64,000 nt of DNA from Escherichia coli (GCF_051903065.1 NZ_CP178438.1), one strand, 5' to 3'; positions 52,190-61,421 are shown, numbered from the stretch's first letter. Made by a program: numbers and translations. Notes: generated by a model not told the origin, from the letters alone.

Positions 52190-53120
52190 ATTAACCGGCT
52201 ATGTATGGGATGGTTGCGCTGCGTCAGGCATGAAATTATCCAGCGTGGCAATTATGGCCCGCCTGGCTGATTTCAGTAATGACGAAGGTGTGTGCTGGCC
52301 ATCAATTGAAACCATTGCCCGTCAGATTGGCGCGGGGATGAGTACCGTCAGAACGGCTATCGCACGGCTGGAAGCAGAAGGCTGGTTAACGCGTAAGGCG
52401 CGTCGCCAGGGTAACCGCAATGCGTCGAATGTTTATCAGCTTAACGTTGCGAAGCTTCAGGCAGCGGCATTTTCTCAACTGTCAGATTCTGACCCGTCAA
52501 AATCTGACGCATCAAAATCTGACCCGTCAAAATTTGATGCGTCGAAATCTGGCAAAAAAGCGGGTTTTCACCCGTCAGAATCTGGCGGGGATCCGTCAGT
52601 AAAATCAAAACATGATCCGTCAGATAAAAAAACTTCTCGTCCGGACGCTTCGCAACCGGACACGCAGACGGCTGAACAGGAGTTTTTAACTCGCCATCCT
52701 GATGCGGTTGTATTCAGCCCTAAAAAGCGCCAGTGGGGAACGCAGGATGATTTGACCTGCGCACAGTGGCTCTGGAAAAAAATCATCGCCCTGTACGAGC
52801 TGGCCGCCGAATGTGACGGCGAGGTGGTTCGTCCCAAAGAACCGAACTGGACAGCCTGGGCAAACGAAATTCGCCTGATGTGTGTGCAGGATGGTCGTAC
52901 TCACAAACAAATCTGCGAGATGTACAGCCGCGTCAGCCGCGATCCGTTCTGGTGCCGTAACGTGCTCAGCCCGTCGAAGCTGCGGGAAAAATGGGATGAG
53001 CTTTCCCTGCGCTTATCGCCGTCCATCAGCACATACACAGAAAAACGCGAAGACCCGTATTTCAAATCCAGTTACGACAACGTGGACTACAGCCAGATCC
53101 CGGCAGGATTCAGGGGGTGA
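52179..53120 (+). CDS. Phage replication initiation protein (lambda O-like) with internal iterons
   Basis: 313 aa; N-terminal winged-helix region, repeat-encoded Ser/Asp/Lys-rich linker. Confidence 0.7.
   Translation: MSTKLTGYVWDGCAASGMKLSSVAIMARLADFSNDEGVCWPSIETIARQIGAGMSTVRTAIARLEAEGWLTRKARRQGNRNASNVYQLNVAKLQAAAFSQLSDSDPSKSDASKSDPSKFDASKSGKKAGFHPSESGGDPSVKSKHDPSDKKTSRPDASQPDTQTAEQEFLTRHPDAVVFSPKKRQWGTQDDLTCAQWLWKKIIALYELAAECDGEVVRPKEPNWTAWANEIRLMCVQDGRTHKQICEMYSRVSRDPFWCRNVLSPSKLREKWDELSLRLSPSISTYTEKREDPYFKSSYDNVDYSQIPAGFRG
52485..52625 (+). repeat. Iteron array, candidate phage origin of replication
   Basis: Tandem imperfect repeats (GACCCGTCAAAATCTGAC / GCATCAAAATCTGAC / CCGTCAAAATTTGATGCGTCGAAATCTGGC / CCGTCAGAATCTGGC / TCCGTCAG). 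Confidence 0.65.
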
Positions 53121-53611
53121 GCATGAGTCTTTTGAATGAAGTTCAGAAATTCATTGAAGCCCATCCGGGCTGTACTTCCGGAGACATTGCGGATGCTTTT
53201 GCAGGTTACTCACGGCAGCGCGTTCTGCAGTCAGCAAGCAAGTTACGTCAGAGTGGGCGTGTGGCTCACCGTTGTGAAGGGGATACACGCAGACATTTCC
53301 CGCGCCTGACTGAGAGAGCGCAGGAGCCGGAACCACAACCAGTTCGTGAAACCAGACCTGTGCGCAATTTCTATGTCGGCACTAACGATCCACGGGTGAT
53401 TTTGTGCCTGACCCGCCAGGCTGAAGAACTGGAGTCCAGGGGCCTATACCGTCGTGCTGCAACGGTGTGGATGGCGGCATTCCGTGAAAGCCACTCCCAG
53501 CCAGAACGAAACAATTTTCTGGCGCGTCGTGAGCAGTGCTTACAGAAAAGCAGCAAGCGCGCTGCATCGGGTGAAGAGTGGTATCTGTCAGGGAATTACG
53601 TGGGGGCGTAA
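53117..53611 (+). CDS. Phage hypothetical protein (possible HTH)
   Basis: 164-aa ORF overlapping the stop of the O-like gene. Confidence 0.5.
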   Translation: MSMSLLNEVQKFIEAHPGCTSGDIADAFAGYSRQRVLQSASKLRQSGRVAHRCEGDTRRHFPRLTERAQEPEPQPVRETRPVRNFYVGTNDPRVILCLTRQAEELESRGLYRRAATVWMAAFRESHSQPERNNFLARREQCLQKSSKRAASGEEWYLSGNYVGA

Positions 53612-53937
53612 TGACGACGTTAACTCAATGCCAGCAGCAGGTGCTGGATATGCTGATTTCTTATCAGAAAGAACGTGGCTTCCCGCCAACCAATCAGGAG
53701 GTGGCTACCATGCTGGGATACCGTTCAGTGAATGCAGCGGTGGAGCATCTTCGCGCACTGGAGAAAAAAGGCGTCATCACGATAAAGCGTGGCGTGGCAC
53801 GGGGGATAACGCTTCATACCGCGGTGAAGGACGACGACAGCGAGGCGGTCGGGATTATCCGCTCACTGCTTGCCGGTGAGGAAAACGCCAGGCTGCGTGC
53901 AGCCCACTGGTTACATGAGAGGGGCCTGAAAGTATGA
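53611..53937 (+). CDS. LexA N-terminal DNA-binding-domain-like protein (no peptidase domain)
   Basis: Start at ATG 53611 (MTTLTQCQQQVLDMLISYQKERGFPPTNQEVATMLGYRSVNAAVEHLRALEKKGVI), resembling the LexA winged-helix domain. Confidence 0.6.
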   Translation: MTTLTQCQQQVLDMLISYQKERGFPPTNQEVATMLGYRSVNAAVEHLRALEKKGVITIKRGVARGITLHTAVKDDDSEAVGIIRSLLAGEENARLRAAHWLHERGLKV

Positions 53938-54323
53938 AGCTGATCCTGCCTTTTCCGCCCAGCGTGAACACGTACTGGCGACACCCCAACAAAGGGGCGT
54001 TTGCTGGTAAGAGCCTGATAAGCGCGGCGGGGCGCAAATTCCAGAGCGCGGCGTGTGCAGCAATAGTTGAGCAGTTACGTCGTCTGCCAAAACCAACGTC
54101 GGCACCTGCTTCAGTGGAGATCGTGTTGTTTCCTCCGGATAACCGGATCCGCGATCTGGACAACTATAACAAGGCGCTGTTTGACGCCCTGACCCACGCG
54201 GGGGTGTGGGAAGACGACAGCCAGGTGAAAAGAATGCTGGTGGAGTGGGGGCCGGTTATCCCGGAAGGGAAGGTCGAGATCACTATCAGTAAGTACGAGA
54301 AAACGGCGGGTGCAGCCGCCTGA
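53934..54323 (+). CDS. rusA: Holliday-junction resolvase RusA-like
   Basis: 129 aa with conserved RDLDN motif. Confidence 0.85.
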   Translation: MKLILPFPPSVNTYWRHPNKGAFAGKSLISAAGRKFQSAACAAIVEQLRRLPKPTSAPASVEIVLFPPDNRIRDLDNYNKALFDALTHAGVWEDDSQVKRMLVEWGPVIPEGKVEITISKYEKTAGAAA

Positions 54324-54342
54324 TTAAGAGGAGAAACGAAGT

Positions 54343-55140
54343 ATGAATAATCTGATGGTCATTGATGGTATTGAAGTTCGTCGTGATGCTTATGGGCGTT
54401 ACAGCCTGAACGATCTGCACAGGGCTGCCGGTTCTCAGGATAAGCATAAGCCTGCATTCTGGCTCCGCAATGAGCAAACCGAACGTTTAATACGCGAGTT
54501 GCAGATTTGCAACTCGGTCAATATAGAGCCAGTTAACGTTAGTCGTGGCGGAAATAACCAGGGGACGTATGTCTGCAAAGAACTGGTGTATGCCTATGCA
54601 ATGTGGATCAGCCCGTCATTCCATCTGAAGGTGATCCGTACTTTCGATATGGTAACCAGCGCACCGGAAAAATTATACGGGCAGGCTGCTGACAAGATGC
54701 AGGCTGGCGTGATTCTGCTGGACTTTATGCGCCGGGAGTTAAACCTGTCTAACTCATCTGTGCTTGGGGCCTGTCAGAAACTCCAGGAGGCTGTTGGCTT
54801 ACCGAATCTGGCACCACGCTATGCCATTGATGCTCCTGCTGACGCGCCTGATGGCTCAAGTCGCCCGACACTGTCACTGAGTGCACTGCTGAAACAGTAT
54901 GGTATCTGCCTGACGGCTAATCAGGCATATCACCAGATGGCGAAGCTGGGGATCGTGGAACAACGCGAACGATACAGCCGTACCGCGATTAACAACATCA
55001 AAAAATTCTGGTCGCTGACAGCGAAAGGCTGCATGTTCGGCAAGAACATCACCAGTCCCGCAAATCCGCGCGAGACGCAGCCGCATTTCTTCGAATCCCG
55101 ATTCCCTGAGCTGTTAAAGCTGCTCGATACCGTTCATTGA
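54343..55140 (+). CDS. KilA-N domain protein (antirepressor-like)
   Basis: 265-aa ORF; KilA-N-type N-terminus. Confidence 0.6.
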   Translation: MNNLMVIDGIEVRRDAYGRYSLNDLHRAAGSQDKHKPAFWLRNEQTERLIRELQICNSVNIEPVNVSRGGNNQGTYVCKELVYAYAMWISPSFHLKVIRTFDMVTSAPEKLYGQAADKMQAGVILLDFMRRELNLSNSSVLGACQKLQEAVGLPNLAPRYAIDAPADAPDGSSRPTLSLSALLKQYGICLTANQAYHQMAKLGIVEQRERYSRTAINNIKKFWSLTAKGCMFGKNITSPANPRETQPHFFESRFPELLKLLDTVH

Positions 55141-55141
55141 G

Positions 55142-56137
55142 GTGACCGTGAGAGCACTACTGACCCCTGAAATAGCCCCGCGTATGGGGATCGTATTGTT
55201 CAGACCCGGTTCAGAGCTGATGCCCCTGTTTATGCAGGGGCGTGTCCTGCTGGAGCCTGAGCCGGAACGTTATTCATCTTTCGCCAGTGGTGCCGTTCCC
55301 GCGGCATCACAACCGCTGGCGGATGATCCTGCCGTTCGGGCCGTGTTCTGCAATGAGGCAGTGATCCGTCGTACTGGTGGCGTGGAATGTCTTGAAAGCT
55401 GGTTACTTCGTGAAAAGGGCTGTCAGTGGCCTCATTCCGACTGGCACAGCGAGAACATGACCACAATGCGACACGCGCCGGGCGCGATCCGTCTGTGCTG
55501 GCACTGCGATAACCAGCTGCGCGATCAGTTCACGGAACGGTTGGAATCAATGGCAACGGATAACTGTGCCCGCTGGGTGTTGTCTGTTGTGCGTCGGGAT
55601 CTCGGTTTTGATGACAGTCACGTTGTGACAATGCCGGAACTGTGCTGGTGGCTGATTCGTAATGACCTGGCGGATGCCTTACCGGAAAGTGCAGCCCGTA
55701 AGGCACTGAGATTACCGAAGCCTGTTGTGCCGTCTGTCACCCGGGAAAGTGACCTTGTTCCTTCGGTTCCTGCCACCAGCATTATCCAGGATAAAGCGAA
55801 AAAGGTGCTGGCGCTGAAAGTGGATCCAGAGTCGCCGGAGTCTTTTATGTTACGCCCAAAACGTCGCCGCTGGGTTAATGAAAAGTACACGCGCTGGGTT
55901 AAGACACAGCCGTGTGCATGTTGTGGAAAGCCTGCTGATGATCCCCACCACCTGATAGGTCACGGTCAGGGTGGAATGGGTACAAAAGCGCATGACCTCT
56001 TTGTGTTGCCTTTGTGCAGAAAGCATCACGACGAGCTGCATGCGGATACCGTGGCATTTGAAGAGATGTATGGCTCCCAGTTGGAGCTGATATTTCGTTT
56101 TATTGATCGTGCGCTGGCAATTGGCGTGCTGGCCTGA
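55142..56137 (+). CDS. Phage DUF968-like protein
   Basis: 331 aa; Cys/His-rich C-terminus (CACCGKPADDPHHLIGH...CRKHHDELH). Confidence 0.6.
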   Translation: MTVRALLTPEIAPRMGIVLFRPGSELMPLFMQGRVLLEPEPERYSSFASGAVPAASQPLADDPAVRAVFCNEAVIRRTGGVECLESWLLREKGCQWPHSDWHSENMTTMRHAPGAIRLCWHCDNQLRDQFTERLESMATDNCARWVLSVVRRDLGFDDSHVVTMPELCWWLIRNDLADALPESAARKALRLPKPVVPSVTRESDLVPSVPATSIIQDKAKKVLALKVDPESPESFMLRPKRRRWVNEKYTRWVKTQPCACCGKPADDPHHLIGHGQGGMGTKAHDLFVLPLCRKHHDELHADTVAFEEMYGSQLELIFRFIDRALAIGVLA

Positions 56138-56154
56138 TTTGGTGGAGAAAGTTG

Positions 56155-56502
56155 ATGCGTGATATGTATGAAGTATTGGACCGCTGGGGAGCATGGGCTG
56201 CAGCAGAAAATAGTGGTGTGGACTGGCAGCCGATAGCGGCTGGTTTCAAGGGACTTTTACCACACGGTAAAAAGTCACGTCTCCAGTGTGATGATGATGA
56301 AGGCATCATGATAGATAGTTGTGTGGCTAGGTTGCGTAAATATAAGCCGGAAGAGTATGAGCTGATAATTGCTCACTTTGTTATCGGTATCTCATTACGC
56401 ACTATTGCGAAGAAGAGAAAATGCTCTGATGGGACTATAAGAAAAAAGTTGCAAGCTGCATTGGGATTTATTGATGCAGTTATATATATAATACATGGGT
56501 AA
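56155..56502 (+). CDS. Late-gene antiterminator Q (QuuD-like)
   Basis: MRDMYEVLDRWGAWAAAENSGVDWQPIAAGFKGL... resembles DLP12 QuuD; GGAG RBS before ATG 56155. Confidence 0.8.
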   Translation: MRDMYEVLDRWGAWAAAENSGVDWQPIAAGFKGLLPHGKKSRLQCDDDEGIMIDSCVARLRKYKPEEYELIIAHFVIGISLRTIAKKRKCSDGTIRKKLQAALGFIDAVIYIIHG

Positions 56503-56526
56503 TTTATTAGACGGCCATATTGGCCG

Positions 56527-57714
56527 TCAGCTAAATAAATATGTAATAGCATAAGGCGTAAGTAAAAAGTAGAACCTAAATGTAAGATATAAGCCACATA
56601 AAACTATAATTCCTAATGAGGCAAAAACAACTTTCTGAACAAGCAATCTTGTGGTTAAACTATCAAATGTATCCTTTATATCTTCGTAAATAGCCTTGAA
56701 GTTATATTCTGCTTGTTGTTTTTTATGATTTAACTCATCATTTATTGCTGTTAAAGTTTGCCATTGATTAAATAGAACAAATAGAATCATAATAGTGAAG
56801 AACAATGCACCCAACACTACAGCTGTATTTATTAATGCTTGACTATCCCAACCATTAGCCTGCTTCATTTGAGTCGCAACGATAATTGTTGCGACGGGGA
56901 TACCTAATATCTGATTTTGTATGTCACTGAATACTTTATGTATTTTTCCCATCTCTTCTATTTTGGCTACTCGTAACTGATCCAGTATTTTCTCGTAAGA
57001 AAAACCAGAAACGAATACTTTGTATCCTTTTTGATAACTTTCATAAAGTTGTCCTAAATCCCTTAACATGAAGGAAAAAGAGGTTTCTTTAGTTTTAGAT
57101 TCACATGATGATTTTATGCTACTTGCTAAAATAGTAAGTTTTTGATCTTTATGCGTATCTTCTGCAAAGTTTGCGATCAAATTATGAATCAGATCTCCAT
57201 TAACATTCATAAGATCATCGCTAGAATAATTTACTGGAATTTTTAGTACGTTGGATTCGACGAATACCAATTCAAAATTTGTTTCATCTAAATAAGCAGA
57301 ACAATCTTTGAATAAAGTAATTAAGCTCAAAACATCTCTGTACTTGGATATAATAGCAGGCGACTTTTTATCCCTGTTGTGATAATTAAGTTCGATTATA
57401 AAGAAGTTACTGGCTTCCTTTATCCTATTTTTAGGATTTTTTAAATACTCATTAAAAGAGAAATGTAGCTGCCCCAATCGTAATTTGGGGGGGGTTATAT
57501 GTAAGGTTATAGTTTGGCCTAACTCAATGTTGCCAGATTCAAGGGTGATGCCAAAATCATGGGGATTCTCTGTGATATCGTTGATGATGTCACAGAGCTC
57601 CTCGTTTGAAAGAATGAGTGATGCTTCAGATAGGGTACCTGCAAATGTAGCGGCCTTGTAAATAGTCACTAAGTCTTTGAAGGTTCTCTGATTGTTACTG
57701 CTCATCCTCTTCAC
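56527..57714 (-). CDS. Hypothetical protein with two C-terminal transmembrane helices (cassette gene 2)
   Basis: 395 aa; hydrophobic segments ALINTAVVLGALFFTIMILFVLF and VVFASLGIIVLCGLYLTFRFYFLL; 20-bp overlap with the upstream gene; AT-rich. Confidence 0.6.
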   Translation of the reverse strand: MKRMSSNNQRTFKDLVTIYKAATFAGTLSEASLILSNEELCDIINDITENPHDFGITLESGNIELGQTITLHITPPKLRLGQLHFSFNEYLKNPKNRIKEASNFFIIELNYHNRDKKSPAIISKYRDVLSLITLFKDCSAYLDETNFELVFVESNVLKIPVNYSSDDLMNVNGDLIHNLIANFAEDTHKDQKLTILASSIKSSCESKTKETSFSFMLRDLGQLYESYQKGYKVFVSGFSYEKILDQLRVAKIEEMGKIHKVFSDIQNQILGIPVATIIVATQMKQANGWDSQALINTAVVLGALFFTIMILFVLFNQWQTLTAINDELNHKKQQAEYNFKAIYEDIKDTFDSLTTRLLVQKVVFASLGIIVLCGLYLTFRFYFLLTPYAITYLFS

Positions 57715-58729
57715 CTAATTCTGATAAAATCTCTGATCTTAGCGTATCCGGAATCTCGGTAAGTATCAATTTATCGTTTTCTGAATCATAAAGAACGCTG
57801 CCATCATGCAAGGCCGCACGCTCGAATTTCAGAGACCAATGTTTGGACTTTCCTTTGAAACTAACAAGCCCACGTATAACGTTGCCATCAGGCACGAACC
57901 CATCAGAGAACTCCAGATCGTCATTGGTTAACTTTTCAACTAACAACTCAGGAGCAGTTGGCCATATCTCGTTTGCAAAAACTTGAGTGTCGAAAGCTTC
58001 ACCAGAACGATTTAAATTTTTTAATTTTTCATGAGCCTTATTTAGGAACTCTTCACGTGCCTCTGGTTCAAAACCTCTTTCAGTAGCAAATTCTAAAAGT
58101 GCATTCCGTAATTTTGTTGTTTCTTGTTTGGCAATTAGAATATCGTTACAACCTAAAAACTTTTTGAAATAACCTGCTACTGAATTTTGCCCCTTTAGAA
58201 AGCTAATATATCTCTCTTTGCCATTCTGGCGCCCAGTTAAGTCAATTCGTCCCGCTACTCGAAGTTTAGCAATGTCTAGATATTCACTTTCTTGAATTTC
58301 AAAATCGTGGACTGAAGAGCCAACTGCTGATGTTAGGATTGCAACCATCAAATAATGATTTCCATTTACCTCATTATGGGCAATTATTACATAACCACCA
58401 GTAGACATTGATTCATCATCGGCTCTGGCTTTTAAATGATTGATCATTCGGATACTAGTATCATAAAAACTATGTGTTTTATTTACGAAATAATCATCAA
58501 CGATATTACCCATAGGGTAACTATCGCGGTCATCTTCAAATTTACCATATCCTTTACCTGCTCTCCCAGAGTACCTTTCAGTAAGTGCGTTAGAGAGGTC
58601 TTTTGATGCTTGCTGAACAGGTTTTTCTGAAGGACAAGGAATAATGGTGGCTAACCCCTGTTGTTCCTTGTTCATAATGTGAACAATAAACTTATGAGTG
58701 ATATTAGTGGGGGTCGCTGATGCAGTCAT
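57695..58729 (-). CDS. NdpA/YejK-like nucleoid-associated protein homologue (cassette gene 1)
   Basis: 344 aa; blocks GGYVIIAH...YLMVAILTS, LDIAKLRVAGRIDLTGRQNGKERYISFLKGQN...FKKFLG and a C-terminal LILTEIPDTLRSEI mirror YejK (GGFVLFCH, LDLDKMQLASRIDLTAWQTNSDRYLSFLKGKNG...FLHFLG, LTIKGTPPNLRDQL). Confidence 0.7.
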   Translation of the reverse strand: MTASATPTNITHKFIVHIMNKEQQGLATIIPCPSEKPVQQASKDLSNALTERYSGRAGKGYGKFEDDRDSYPMGNIVDDYFVNKTHSFYDTSIRMINHLKARADDESMSTGGYVIIAHNEVNGNHYLMVAILTSAVGSSVHDFEIQESEYLDIAKLRVAGRIDLTGRQNGKERYISFLKGQNSVAGYFKKFLGCNDILIAKQETTKLRNALLEFATERGFEPEAREEFLNKAHEKLKNLNRSGEAFDTQVFANEIWPTAPELLVEKLTNDDLEFSDGFVPDGNVIRGLVSFKGKSKHWSLKFERAALHDGSVLYDSENDKLILTEIPDTLRSEILSELGEEDEQ

Positions 58730-58845
58730 AACAACATCCTTTTAATGGTTTTGAACAATTGGTGTTGATAATACTTCAAAAAATACTAATGCGTACGCAA
58801 AAAATACAGTACTCTGTTAAGAGTGGTTACTTCGCCACACAGCTT

Positions 58846-58868
58846 AAACCCGCCGTCGAGCGGGTTTT
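58846..58868 (+). terminator. Short GC hairpin plus T-run (tR'-like terminator candidate upstream of the lysis genes)
   Basis: AAACCCG-ccgtcgag-CGGGTTTT; possible promoter TTGATA-17-TAATGC about 60 bp upstream. Confidence 0.35.
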
Positions 58869-59019
58869 GTCGTTTCTGGGCTTTGGTATTCGTTGGGCTT
58901 GGTCTATCTAGCTCTTATCCATTGGCTCGGCTTCTTTTACGTTTCCGCTTCTGATTTGCGGTTCGTGGTACTCCCTCAATTTGCACCTCTTGTATCGGCG
59001 AGGTGAGAGATAACTACAA

Positions 59020-59346
59020 ATGCCTCATAACCCAAATACCTGGCTGGAGTTGGTCCAGAGCTGGTGGCGTGGAGACACACCGCTGGGCGCAGTGATTATG
59101 TCGATTGTTATGGCTGGTTTGCGCATTGCCTATTTTGGCGGTGGTGGTGGCTGGAAGCGAAAAACACTCGAAATTCTACTCTGTGGCGCTCTGACGCTGA
59201 CTTTTGCATCCGCTCTTGAGTATGTCGGATGGCCTAAATCGCTTTCTGTTGCCATTGGTGGTGGGGTGGGGCTGATCGGTGTCGATGCTATTCGTGGGGC
59301 TGCAATGAGAGTAATCGGTAATAAGTTTGGTGGCTCTAAGGAGTAA
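59020..59346 (+). CDS. Putative holin
   Basis: 108 aa with several hydrophobic segments, immediately upstream of the endolysin. Confidence 0.65.
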   Translation: MPHNPNTWLELVQSWWRGDTPLGAVIMSIVMAGLRIAYFGGGGGWKRKTLEILLCGALTLTFASALEYVGWPKSLSVAIGGGVGLIGVDAIRGAAMRVIGNKFGGSKE

Positions 59347-59349
59347 TTT

Positions 59350-59826
59350 ATGCAGGTACTAAATTCCCAGCGTAAAGCTTTCCTCGATATGGTGGCATGG
59401 TCAGAAGGAACGGATAACGGGCGACAACCGACACGTAACCACGGTTATGATATTATTGTTGGTGGTGAACTATTCACTGATTACTCCGATCACCCTCGCA
59501 AACTTGTCACGCTAAACCCCAAACTCAAATCAACAGCTGCAGGCCGTTATCAACTTCTTTCACGCTGGTGGGATGCTTACCGCAAGCAGCTTGGGCTGAA
59601 AGACTTCTCTCCAAAAAGCCAGGATGCTGTGGCATTGCAGCAGATTAAAGAGCGTGGCGCTTTACCGATGATTGATCGCGGCGATATTCGTCAGGCTATC
59701 GATCGTTGCAGCAATATCTGGGCTTCACTGCCGGGCGCTGGTTACGGTCAATATGAACATAAAATAGGTGACCTGATTGCCCGATTCAAAGAGGCTGGCG
59801 GGGTGGTAAATGAAGTTGAGCTATAA
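59350..59826 (+). CDS. Endolysin, lambda R-type lytic transglycosylase
   Basis: 158 aa; NQRKAFLDMVAWSEGTDNGRQ...DRCSNIWASLPGAGYGQ matches lambda R. Confidence 0.93.
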   Translation: MQVLNSQRKAFLDMVAWSEGTDNGRQPTRNHGYDIIVGGELFTDYSDHPRKLVTLNPKLKSTAAGRYQLLSRWWDAYRKQLGLKDFSPKSQDAVALQQIKERGALPMIDRGDIRQAIDRCSNIWASLPGAGYGQYEHKIGDLIARFKEAGGVVNEVEL

Positions 59827-60202
59827 GCTGGTTATCGCAGCATTCTTCTCTACTGTCATCGGTTCTTTCATCTGGTCTGCTAACCACTACTACAGCAAAT
59901 ATCAGCACGAAAAGAAACGTGCTGATGAGGCTGTACAAAATGCTGAATCCGCAACCGCTATTACCAATAATGTCCTGCAATCACTGCAAATCGTCAATAC
60001 AGTTCTGGAGGCTAACCAGCATGCAAAACAGCAGATCGCACTGGAGTCACAGAGAACCCAGGAAGATATCAAAGTGGCTGTTGAGAATGATGATTGCGCT
60101 TCCCGTCTTGTTCCTGCTCGTGCAACTGAGCGGCTGCGCCGGTACGCGGACAATTTACGTACCAGTTCCGGCGGTACCACTACCGGCGAACCTGACCGCT
60201 GA
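59810..60202 (+). CDS. Spanin inner-membrane subunit (Rz-like)
   Basis: 130 aa, N-terminal TM helix then coiled-coil; overlaps the R 3' end. Confidence 0.75.
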   Translation: MKLSYKLVIAAFFSTVIGSFIWSANHYYSKYQHEKKRADEAVQNAESATAITNNVLQSLQIVNTVLEANQHAKQQIALESQRTQEDIKVAVENDDCASRLVPARATERLRRYADNLRTSSGGTTTGEPDR

Positions 60203-60344
60203 AACCCCACAGCCAGCTATTCCTGATCCGCTGACTTACAGAGATAGTCTGGATTTAAACGTGAGCCTGCTGTCAGTGCTGGCTGCCTGTAATAGGGATA
60301 AGGCTGATATTCGTAAAATTGAAGCAGAGAAGAGTGAGCCATGA
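60087..60344 (+). CDS. Spanin outer-membrane lipoprotein (Rz1-like), overlapping Rz in another frame
   Basis: Internal start MMIALPVLFLLVQLSGC (lipobox), Pro-rich mature part; extends past the Rz stop. Confidence 0.65.
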   Translation: MMIALPVLFLLVQLSGCAGTRTIYVPVPAVPLPANLTAETPQPAIPDPLTYRDSLDLNVSLLSVLAACNRDKADIRKIEAEKSEP

Positions 60345-60538
60345 AGCAGTAAAGTGGAAAGATCGCAGCAAGAAGTGCCTGTTCAGAATTAATGAAGATG
60401 CCTCAAATACCTAAAATAGCGAGTAGCCAGATGCACGTCAACTACGAGTGTGTGGCCAGCATAACGTTGTATAAACTAAGTGATAGCAGAGTTCAATATA
60501 CGTATACTGAGAGAACTATTTCTATTTGAGAACTGAAA

Positions 60539-61132
60539 ATGACGGACTATACTTTTTTTTACTGGATAGAGATGCTTCTTAAAGAAGGCAATGTTTTATT
60601 TATTGTTCTTGCTTGTTTGATTGTCTTTTTTACTTTAAAAAAAGAAATAATAATGGTTTTAGGTCGTCTTAATACAGTTAAGCTAGGTGACTATGAGATT
60701 AAATTTAAAAAAGAAATGTTTGAAATAGAATCTAAAAGTATAGAGGTTATTAAAAATTTACCTGGAACAAATCCTGTCCTGCCGACACAACTCATTGAGA
60801 ATTTCAATATTTTTGAGAGTCTTGCTAGTACTCAGCCTAATGTTGCTGTACTTTCAGCTTGGCGCGAATTGGAGTTAACCGCTATAACGCTTGCATCTAA
60901 AAAGGGGGTTGAGATCAACGGGACATCTTTAGGGCGGGCTTCAGGTATCGCTGCCTTGAAAAATGTCCAATCTGCAAACAAAATTTCTAGTGACATTGTT
61001 AAGCTTTATGAAAAAACAGGAGAGTCTATTAAGCCTATATCCCAAGGAAAGCTCTTATGTACTCAGGAAGATGCTTTGGCATTCTGTAAGAATGCAAAAA
61101 GACTTAGCAATTATTTAACATCCATATTTTAG
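60539..61132 (+). CDS. Hypothetical protein with N-terminal TM helix (AT-rich moron after the lysis cassette)
   Basis: 197-aa ORF, about 30% GC against a ~50% GC phage background. Confidence 0.5.
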   Translation: MTDYTFFYWIEMLLKEGNVLFIVLACLIVFFTLKKEIIMVLGRLNTVKLGDYEIKFKKEMFEIESKSIEVIKNLPGTNPVLPTQLIENFNIFESLASTQPNVAVLSAWRELELTAITLASKKGVEINGTSLGRASGIAALKNVQSANKISSDIVKLYEKTGESIKPISQGKLLCTQEDALAFCKNAKRLSNYLTSIF

Positions 61133-61208
61133 TATGTATCCATAGAGCATCCATTATTATTGGAGTAGTCGTTACAGCAGGCATTCACTGAGTGCCTGCT
61201 GCTGAACT

Positions 61209-61421
61209 CTAATAGCAAGATGGAGAATCTGCATTAAATTTTTGAGAGAGATTACTTATTTCATTCACTCCCTTATGATTAAGTAATAGCCTAATATTTT
61301 CTGGAGCCTTGAATATAAATGGGCCTTTTAGATCCTCGATGATTCCTCCTGCGACGCAGATCAAATGCTTGAAATCAACATCTTCAATTGTGGGCTTGGA
61401 GTCCAGATTATCGCTTGTCAT
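61209..61421 (-). CDS. Hypothetical small protein
   Basis: 70-aa ORF, AT-rich, convergent with the 60539 gene. Confidence 0.3.
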   Translation of the reverse strand: MTSDNLDSKPTIEDVDFKHLICVAGGIIEDLKGPFIFKAPENIRLLLNHKGVNEISNLSQKFNADSPSCY

